63,369 bases of DNA, taken from Pedosphaera sp. (GTDB taxonomy: Bacteria > Verrucomicrobiota > Verrucomicrobiia > Limisphaerales > UBA1100). Below, one piece after another: positions 31,801-38,970 of this stretch. The stretch covers positions 1-63,369 of the forward strand of contig SIAW01000003.1 in NCBI GenBank assembly GCA_009695465.1. Reading direction: 5' to 3'. The position numbers and the translations under genes are program-made. Below the pieces are notes generated by a model. The model was not told where the DNA came from. It was given only the letters and a program-made list of their open reading frames with translations, and did not search any database. Numbering within the stretch: position 1 is the first letter of the stretch; every line of letters starts with the position of its first letter.

Positions 31801-33881
31801 CTTACTTCGCCCGCGTCGGCCTCAAGAAAGACGAGGCCAGCGGTGCCCGCAATATCGAGGGTACCGCAGTGGAAGGCGCCAAGCCGCTCTTTGAGATTGT
31901 GGAGGATCTCGCGCAGGGCGAGATTAAACATGACCGCACGGGTGCTGTCGCCGCGCCGACATTCCCCTACCCCGCGCAGTCTGCCGCCAAGGCCGATGCC
32001 TCGCGCCGCACGCAGATGGCGTCGTGGGTCACCTCGCCGGACAACCGTTATTTCGCGCGCAGCTACGTCAATCGTCTGTGGGGTTATCTGCTGGGCGTGG
32101 GCATCATTGAGCCGTTGGATGACATCCGCGCGGGCAACCCCGCCAGCAATCCCGAGTTGCTCGACACGTTGACGCAGGAATTCATCACCAGCAAATTCAA
32201 CGTGCAGCAGCTCATCAAGCTCATCTGCAAATCGCGCGCCTACCAGCTCTCCGTCGCCTCCAACAAATGGAACGCGGATGACACCATCAATTACTCGCAC
32301 GCCACCCCGCGCCGTCTGCCCGCCGAGGTGTTGTTTGACACCATCTATTTTGCCACTGGCACGCAGAGCAAAATCCCCGGTGTGCCGCCGGGCACCCGCG
32401 CGGCGGCGTTGCCGGATGCGGGCGTGGCGTTGGCCGATGGATTTCTGGGCAACCTCGGCCGTCCCGTGCGCGAGAGCGCTTGCGAATGCGAACGCGTCAA
32501 CGATCTGCAACTCGGCCCGGTGATGGCGCTGGTCACCGGCCCCACGGTGGACATGGCCATCACGGATTCGGACAACGCCATCTCCAAGCTGGTCAAGTCG
32601 CAGCCCGACGACAAGCGGCTCATCGAGGAGTTGTATCTGCGCATCCTCAACCGTCCCGCCACCGAGAAGGAAATCGCGACTGGGTTGGGTCTGATGAACG
32701 ACATCGAAGGCAACAATCAAGTGGTGCAAAAGGAACTGACGCAGTTTGAGGCCGACCTCAAACCCGTCACCGCCAAGCGCGAGGCGCAGCGTGATACGGA
32801 CATCAAGGAGGCTCAGACCTCTCTGACGGCTTATCAAAAGCAGATTGAGCCACGCGAAAAGGAATTGGATCGCCAGCAGCAGGAACGTGTCGCCGCCGCA
32901 GACAAAGCGCACAAAGCCTATGAGGTGACCATTCTCGGCAAGTTTCAGGAATGGCAAACCAAGGGCGGCAATCAAACGCCGTGGACGCGGCTGGCTATCA
33001 AGGAACTCAAATCCACTGCCGGCGCGAAACTGGAGGCCGACGCCAATGGAACCATCTTTGCCAGCGGCACGCGCGGCAAGGATACCTACACCATCACCGC
33101 CGAGACGGATCTGAAAAAGATCACCGGTCTGCGCTTGGAGGCACTGACCGATTCGCGCCTGCCCAAGAACGGCCCAGGCCGCGCGGACGACGGCAATTTT
33201 GTGCTGTCGGAAGTGGACATCGAGTGGGCGCCCAAAACCAAGCCCGCCGACAAGCGCCGGATGAGTCTGGAGAATGGCCGCGCCGATTTCAGCCAAGCAT
33301 CCTACGACGTGAAGACGGCCATTGACGGCCAGGCACCGGGCGCGAACAACGGCTGGGCCATCTCGCCGGAGATCGGCAAGGATCACCTCGCCTCATTTGA
33401 GTTCAAGGACAAGGCGGAGGATGACGGCGGCATCATCCTCTTCATCCGGATGCGCCAGGTGTTTGACAGTGGGGAACATGCGCTGGGCAAATTCCGGCTG
33501 GGTGCCACGGACGCGAACAAGCCCGTCAGCTTTGGCCACCCGAAAAACATCGCGGAGCTGTTCGCCATCGCGCCGGACAAGCGCGACGACAAGCAGAAGC
33601 AGGCGTTGATGGAATACTACCGCGGGCAAGATGGCGAGTTGCAGAAGTTCGCCAAGGCGCTGGCCGACGCCAAACAGCCGCGCCCCATTGATCCGGAGTT
33701 GAAGGATTTGCAGGACAAGCTGGCGCGCGCCCAACTGCCGCTGGCAGTGGACCCGCGGCTGGTGGAATTCAAACGCGCCTCGGATTTGAGCGCCAAACAA
33801 TTGCTGAACAAACGGCTGTACGGCGCGCAGGACATCGCTTGGGCGCTCATCAACAACCCAGCGTTCCTCTTCAATCACTAG
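28806..33881 (+). CDS. giant PSCyt1 (CxxCH) / WD40 / DUF1549 (PSCyt2) / DUF1553 (PSD1) protein with coiled-coil and C-terminal beta-rich module
   Basis: 1691 aa. An N-terminal signal is followed by CQGCHQP (28926-28940). WD40-like repeats follow (SPDG..LA..G.D..V.LW). The DUF1549-like part contains [17 protein letters not shown]. The DUF1553-like part contains [22 protein letters not shown] and CECER. A coiled coil spans about aa 1290-1390. The C-terminal domain contains [18 protein letters not shown]. Confidence 0.82.
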   Translation: [1691 protein letters not shown]

Positions 33882-33929
33882 ACTGGACAAATCAACCCAC
33901 GACGCTAATTTCAATCAAAGGAGCACCAA

Positions 33930-35399
33930 ATGATTAGAGTACCTGGCGAACTCGGAAAAGATCTGTGCGACGCAAATCTGGGCATGACTCGGCGCGACAT
34001 CCTGCGCGTGGGCGGCTCGGGGCTGCTGGGGCTATCCCTCGGCGGCATGTTCGAGCTGCAGGCGCGCGCGAAGGAAGCCGCCATCGGCGGTGGCCCCGGC
34101 TGGGGCAAGGCCAAGAGCGTCATCCTGCTTTATCTGCAAGGCGGCCCGTCGCATCTGGATTTGTGGGATCCCAAGCCCGACGCGCCGGACAATGTGCGCT
34201 CGGTGTTTAAGCCTATCCCGACCAAAATACCCGGCGTGAACTTCACGGAGCTGATGCCGCAACTGGCGCAGGTGAACGACAAGTTCACGATGATCCGCTC
34301 GGTCAGCTACACGCCCAACGGACTTTTCAATCACACCGCCGCCATCTATCAGATGATGACCGGTTACACGACCGACAAGGTCAGCCCGTCCGGCCAGTTG
34401 GAGCCGCCCAGCCCGAAGGATTTCCCGAACTTTGGTTCCAACATCGTCCGCCTCAAACCGCAGGATGTGCCGATGTTGCCCTTCGTGATGATGCCCCGTC
34501 CGCTGCAGGAGAGCAACGTGGTGGGCAAAGGCGGCACCGCCGGATTCTTGGGCAAGGCGTTTGATCCGTACTATCTCTATCCCACCGGCGACGACATGGA
34601 TCTGGCCAAGATGGATCGCATCAAGGTGGACGATCTGCAGATGCGCCCGGAGGTGTTCAGCCATCGCCTGCGTCGCCGCGCCAAACTGCGCACGGCCATC
34701 AACGACGCCATGCCGGACATCGACAAGGCCGTGGCCAAGTACAATCTCAACGAGTACTACGACCGCGCCCTCTCGCTCATCGTCAGCGGCCGTGCGCGCG
34801 ACGCCTTTGACATCACGCAGGAGACCGACAAGACGCGCGACCGTTATGGCCGCAATACGTTTGGTCAAAGCTGTCTGCTCGCGCGGCGATTGGTCGAGGC
34901 GGGCACGCGCGTGGTCGAGGTCGTCTGGCCGAAGGTCGCCAACTCCGACAATCATTCGTGGGACGTGCACGTGGGCTTGGAAGCCCGCATGAAGAATCAA
35001 TCCGCGCCCATGCTTGATCGCGGCCTCTCCGCACTCTTCGCGGATCTGGACCAGCGCGGCATGCTGGAGAACACGCTCGTGCTGGCCATCGGCGAATTCG
35101 GTCGCAGCCCGCAAAAAGGTCTCTCCACCAGCGGCAACAGCAATGACGCCAATGGACGTGATCACTGGCCATACTGCTACACCTGCGTCATCGGCGGCGC
35201 GGGCATCAAGCGCGGCTATGTCCATGGCAAGTCCGACAAGACCGCCAGTGCGCCCGACGAGAACCCGGTGCATCCCATCGAGCTGCTCGCTACCATCTAC
35301 CATGCCTTCGGCATCGCGCCGGACACTATCGTGCACAACCACCTCAACCAGCCGCGCGAGTTGGTGAAGGCGCAGAGCGTGGACAAGTTGTTCGCGTAA
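33930..35399 (+). CDS. DUF1501 (sulfatase-like) protein with Tat signal
   Basis: 489 aa with [20 protein letters not shown] (twin-Arg), [15 protein letters not shown], and GEFGRSP...GRDHWP near the C-terminus. This is the typical partner of DUF1549/DUF1553 proteins. AAAGGAG ribosome-binding site. Confidence 0.87.
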   Translation: MIRVPGELGKDLCDANLGMTRRDILRVGGSGLLGLSLGGMFELQARAKEAAIGGGPGWGKAKSVILLYLQGGPSHLDLWDPKPDAPDNVRSVFKPIPTKIPGVNFTELMPQLAQVNDKFTMIRSVSYTPNGLFNHTAAIYQMMTGYTTDKVSPSGQLEPPSPKDFPNFGSNIVRLKPQDVPMLPFVMMPRPLQESNVVGKGGTAGFLGKAFDPYYLYPTGDDMDLAKMDRIKVDDLQMRPEVFSHRLRRRAKLRTAINDAMPDIDKAVAKYNLNEYYDRALSLIVSGRARDAFDITQETDKTRDRYGRNTFGQSCLLARRLVEAGTRVVEVVWPKVANSDNHSWDVHVGLEARMKNQSAPMLDRGLSALFADLDQRGMLENTLVLAIGEFGRSPQKGLSTSGNSNDANGRDHWPYCYTCVIGGAGIKRGYVHGKSDKTASAPDENPVHPIELLATIYHAFGIAPDTIVHNHLNQPRELVKAQSVDKLFA

Positions 35400-35414
35400 C
35401 CGTTTCTGCTTTCC

Positions 35415-35445
35415 AAAACCCGGCGAGTCATCGCCGGGTTTTTTG
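35415..35445 (+). terminator. rho-independent terminator after the DUF1501 gene
   Basis: AAAACCCGGCGA-GTCA-TCGCCGGGTTTTTT: a perfect 9-bp stem with a 4-nt loop and a T6 tail, flanked by an A-run. Confidence 0.8.
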
Positions 35446-35507
35446 TTGCCCAAATTTGAGCGACGAAACCCTTGCGCCCGCACCGGCACTTGGCGAAAGT
35501 CGCACGC

Positions 35508-36281
35508 ATGTTCAGCCTGACAGGAAAGAACGCAGTGATCACCGGTGGCGGCTCCGGCATCGGCAGAGCCATCGCGCAGACCTTTGCCAAGCAGGGCGCG
35601 CACGTGGACATCTTGGAAACCAACACCGACGCCGGTGCCCAGACCGTGCGCGACATCCAAGCCGCCGGCGGCTCGGCGGCCGTGCACGCGTGCGATGTCA
35701 CGAAACAGGCGGAGGTGAAATCGCTCTTTGAGAATCTGGCGCGCGAACGCGGCCGCCTGCATCTGCTGGTCAACAACGCGGGCATCGCGCACGTCGGCAA
35801 CGTCGTCAACACCACCGAGGCGGACTTTGACCGCGTGATGGCGGTGAACGTGAAGGGCGTTTACAACTGCCTGCAAGCGGGCGTCGCCCACATGGCCGCG
35901 CACGGCGGCGGTGCCATCGTCAACATCGCCTCCACCGTCAGCGTGATGGCCATCAACGATCGCTTCGCCTATTCCACCAGCAAAGGTGCCGTACTCTCGA
36001 TGACCTACGCCGTCGCCAAGGATTTCCTGCGGCAAAACGTCCGCTGCAATGCCATCCTTCCCGGCCGCATCCACACGCCTTTCGTGGACGGTTTCATCGC
36101 CAAGAATTATCCCGGGCGCGAAGCGGAGATGTTCCAGAAACTTTCCGAGTACCAACCCGTGGGCCGCATGGGCAAGCCCGAGGAAGTCGCTGCCGTCGCG
36201 CTCTTTCTCTGCACCGACGAAGCCTCCTTCATCACCGGCTGCAACTATCCGGTGGACGGTGGCACCATCCACATCCGTTGA
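35508..36281 (+). CDS. SDR-family oxidoreductase (FabG-like)
   Basis: From ATG 35508 the protein reads MFSLTGKNAVITGGGSGIGRA (TGxxxGxG). NNAG and a YSTSK catalytic Tyr-x3-Lys are present. Confidence 0.87.
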   Translation: MFSLTGKNAVITGGGSGIGRAIAQTFAKQGAHVDILETNTDAGAQTVRDIQAAGGSAAVHACDVTKQAEVKSLFENLARERGRLHLLVNNAGIAHVGNVVNTTEADFDRVMAVNVKGVYNCLQAGVAHMAAHGGGAIVNIASTVSVMAINDRFAYSTSKGAVLSMTYAVAKDFLRQNVRCNAILPGRIHTPFVDGFIAKNYPGREAEMFQKLSEYQPVGRMGKPEEVAAVALFLCTDEASFITGCNYPVDGGTIHIR

Positions 36282-36311
36282 TCCGCTGCGCATCGAGCGC
36301 GGCTTGCCTGT

Positions 36312-37715
36312 ATGAATGGATTCCATTTCCGCGATCTCTGGCGATGGGAAGGCGCGCTGGACCGCGGGCCATTCGTGCTGGCCGGCGCCATCCTCTTCGC
36401 CATCAAATACAATCTCGACCGACTCATCGCCGAAGGAATCTTTCACCGCCCACGCTGGTCGATCTTTGAGTATCCCATCCCCTTCCATCAGCAAACGGTG
36501 CCGCTGCAGGACGACCTGCCGTTCTTCGCCACTCTCATGGGGGTCGCCCTGCCCTTCATCTGGGCGGGTGCGGCGCTCACCGTGCGGCGACTGCGGTCAG
36601 CAGGATTGCCCATCTGGTTGGTCGTGTTTTTCTTTCCGCCATTCATCAACCTCTTCTTCTTCCTGCTCCTCGCCCTGCTGCCTTCCAAGGCGCAACGCGA
36701 AACACCACCACAGGCTGACGCCGGCCGGCTCAAAGCAATGTTGGACCGTTGGATCCCCGATCATCCCATGGGCAGCGCAGCACTGGCGCTCTTGCTCAAC
36801 ACACTGCTGGCCCTGCCGCTGATTTACATCGCCACCGAAACGCTGGGCGACTACGGCTGGACTCTCTTCGTGGGCGTGCCATTTTTTCTGGGACTCAGCG
36901 CCGTGTTGCTGCACGGCTATCATCGCCCGCGCAACCTGGGCAGTTGCCTGATTGTCGCCTTGTGTTCAGTCGCGCTCATCAGCGCCCTTCTCTTCGCGCT
37001 GGCGATGGAAGGCGTGATCTGTCTGCTCATGGCTGCGCCTCTGGGAATTTTGGTGGCACTGACCGGCGGTGTCCTTGGCCACTTCATCCAGAAACAACAC
37101 TGGGCAAATCTGGAAGCGCCCCGGCTTTATTGCGCCGCCTTGATTGCCCTGCCGGTTTTGATGGCCGCAGAACGGCTTGATCATCCGCCCGCGCCGCTCA
37201 TCGCCGTCCGCTCCGCCATCGAAGTGAACGCACCGCCCGAAGAAGTCTGGCGTCACGTCGTCAGCTTTCCGGAATTGCCGCCGCCGACTGAACTTCTTTT
37301 CCGCGCTGGCGTCGCCTATCCGCTGCGCGCACAAATCCAAGGCACCGGTGTCGGCGCCATCCGGCACTGTGTGTTTTCCACCGGCGCATTTGTTGAACCC
37401 ATCGAGGTGTGGGACGCGCCGCGACTGCTCCGGTTTTCCGTCACCTCCAATCCGCCGCCAATGCAGGAATGGACGCCGTTTGCCGCCGTGCACCCGCCGC
37501 ATCTCAACGGCTTTCTCGTCTCGCGCGCCGGCCAGTTTCGCCTCGAACCATTGCCCGGTGGACGCACACGATTGGAAGGCACCACGTGGTATCAGCACCA
37601 TCTCTGGCCCGCGAGCTACTGGACGCCGTGGTCGGATTTCATCATCCACCGCATCCACCTGCGCGTCCTCCACCACGTCCAGCAACTGGCCGAAGCCGAT
37701 GCCGCGCATCGTTGA
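36312..37715 (+). CDS. polytopic membrane protein (DUF805-like N-terminus) fused to a C-terminal SRPBCC/START-like domain
   Basis: 467 aa with about 8 hydrophobic helices in aa 1-290. The remainder (IAVRSAIEVNAPPEEVWRHVVSF...AIRHCVFSTGAFVEPIEVWD...RLEGTTWY) is typical of the SRPBCC ligand-binding fold. Confidence 0.55.
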   Translation: MNGFHFRDLWRWEGALDRGPFVLAGAILFAIKYNLDRLIAEGIFHRPRWSIFEYPIPFHQQTVPLQDDLPFFATLMGVALPFIWAGAALTVRRLRSAGLPIWLVVFFFPPFINLFFFLLLALLPSKAQRETPPQADAGRLKAMLDRWIPDHPMGSAALALLLNTLLALPLIYIATETLGDYGWTLFVGVPFFLGLSAVLLHGYHRPRNLGSCLIVALCSVALISALLFALAMEGVICLLMAAPLGILVALTGGVLGHFIQKQHWANLEAPRLYCAALIALPVLMAAERLDHPPAPLIAVRSAIEVNAPPEEVWRHVVSFPELPPPTELLFRAGVAYPLRAQIQGTGVGAIRHCVFSTGAFVEPIEVWDAPRLLRFSVTSNPPPMQEWTPFAAVHPPHLNGFLVSRAGQFRLEPLPGGRTRLEGTTWYQHHLWPASYWTPWSDFIIHRIHLRVLHHVQQLAEADAAHR

Positions 37716-37783
37716 ATTGGCCGCGGCAACAAAACGCCGCTTGTGTCGGTGCGAGCCTTGTAGAAAACTGCCTCCCCAGTTTT

Positions 37784-38872
37784 ATGGCACACATCAAGTT
37801 GCACATCCCGGGGCCGGTTGAAGTCAGCGCGAAGACTTTCCAGGCGTTCTGCCAGCCGATGGTCGGTCACCGTGGCCAAGGTTTTAAGGATCTCGTCGCA
37901 AAGATCCAGCCGCAGCTTCAGACGTTGCTCGGCACCAAGCAGCTCGCCTATCTCTCCACCTCCAGCGCGTGGGGCGTGATGGAAGGTTCGCTGCGCAACC
38001 TCACGCAGAAAAAGGTACTCAACTGCATGAAGGGCGCTTTCTCCGACAAGTGGCTCGATGTCGCCAAGCGCTGCGGCAAAGACGCCGAGGCGTTGCAAGT
38101 GCCGTGGGGTTCGCCCATCCGCGCGGAGCAGATTGACGCCAAGCTCGCCACCGGCCAGTTCGATTCGCTCACGCTCATCCACAACGAGACCAGCACCGGC
38201 ACGATGAGCCCGCTGGCGGAGATTGCCGCGCTCAAGAAGAAATATCCCGACGTGATGTTCATCGTGGACGCCGTCAGCTCCATGACCGCGCTGCCGATCC
38301 ACTTCGACGCGCTCGGCATTGATGTGCTGCTCGCCGGCACGCAGAAGGCATTCGCATTGCCGCCCGGCCTCACCGTCTTCACCGCATCACCCGCCGCGCT
38401 CGCGAGGGCTGCGACTGCGAAAGATCGCGGCTACTACTTCGACTTCGTTGAGTTCCAGAAAAACGCGGCGGATCACATGACGCCGAGTACGCCGAGCATC
38501 AGCCACGTGTACGCCCTCGCGAGCAAGCTCGATGACTTCTTCGCCGAGGGATTGGAGAACCGCTACGCGCGCCACGCGAAGACGAACCAGATGACGCGCG
38601 ACTGGGCTGCGCGCCACGGCTTCACGCTCTTCCCGGAGACCGGCTATGAATCCATCACGCTCACCTGCGTCAACAACGGCGCCAAGCCCGGCGGCCGCAC
38701 GGTGGACGCGGCCAAGTTGCAGAAGCTCGTGAAGGAGCAAGGCTTCCTCATCGACGGCGGCTACGGAAAAATCAAGGGCACCACCTTCCGCCTCTCCAAC
38801 ATGGGCGACGAAACGCCCGAGACGATGGGGCAACTTTTCGCTGCGCTCGACCACGCGATGGCGCAGCTCTGA
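37784..38872 (+). CDS. class-V pyridoxal-phosphate aminotransferase (serine-pyruvate / alanine-glyoxylate type)
   Basis: From ATG 37784 the protein reads MAHIKLHIPGPVEV. HNETSTG, DAVSS and GTQKA (PLP lysine) motifs are present. 362 aa. Confidence 0.8.
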   Translation: MAHIKLHIPGPVEVSAKTFQAFCQPMVGHRGQGFKDLVAKIQPQLQTLLGTKQLAYLSTSSAWGVMEGSLRNLTQKKVLNCMKGAFSDKWLDVAKRCGKDAEALQVPWGSPIRAEQIDAKLATGQFDSLTLIHNETSTGTMSPLAEIAALKKKYPDVMFIVDAVSSMTALPIHFDALGIDVLLAGTQKAFALPPGLTVFTASPAALARAATAKDRGYYFDFVEFQKNAADHMTPSTPSISHVYALASKLDDFFAEGLENRYARHAKTNQMTRDWAARHGFTLFPETGYESITLTCVNNGAKPGGRTVDAAKLQKLVKEQGFLIDGGYGKIKGTTFRLSNMGDETPETMGQLFAALDHAMAQL

Positions 38873-38970
38873 GTGCCAGCGTGTGCTGGCCGCTGACTGC
38901 GGGATTGCTCGGCGGGTTCACTTCGCGTAGCCTGCGCGCGCTGATTTCGCGCGTCAGCACCGCAAACTGA

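Noticed and set aside
34032-36494. 820-aa ORF on the minus strand spanning the DUF1501 and SDR genes
   Set aside because: It is a mirror-strand ORF of well-supported plus-strand genes. It crosses a clear terminator and intergenic region (35400-35507). Its composition is Arg/Ala/Gly/His-rich low-complexity sequence, typical of antisense frames in GC-rich DNA. It shows no family resemblance.
38875-38890. Perfect hairpin GCCAGC-GTGT-GCTGGC just after the aminotransferase stop, as a possible terminator
   Set aside because: The stem is only 6 bp and no U-tract follows. I cannot support it as an intrinsic terminator, although it may still be a stabilising 3' hairpin.
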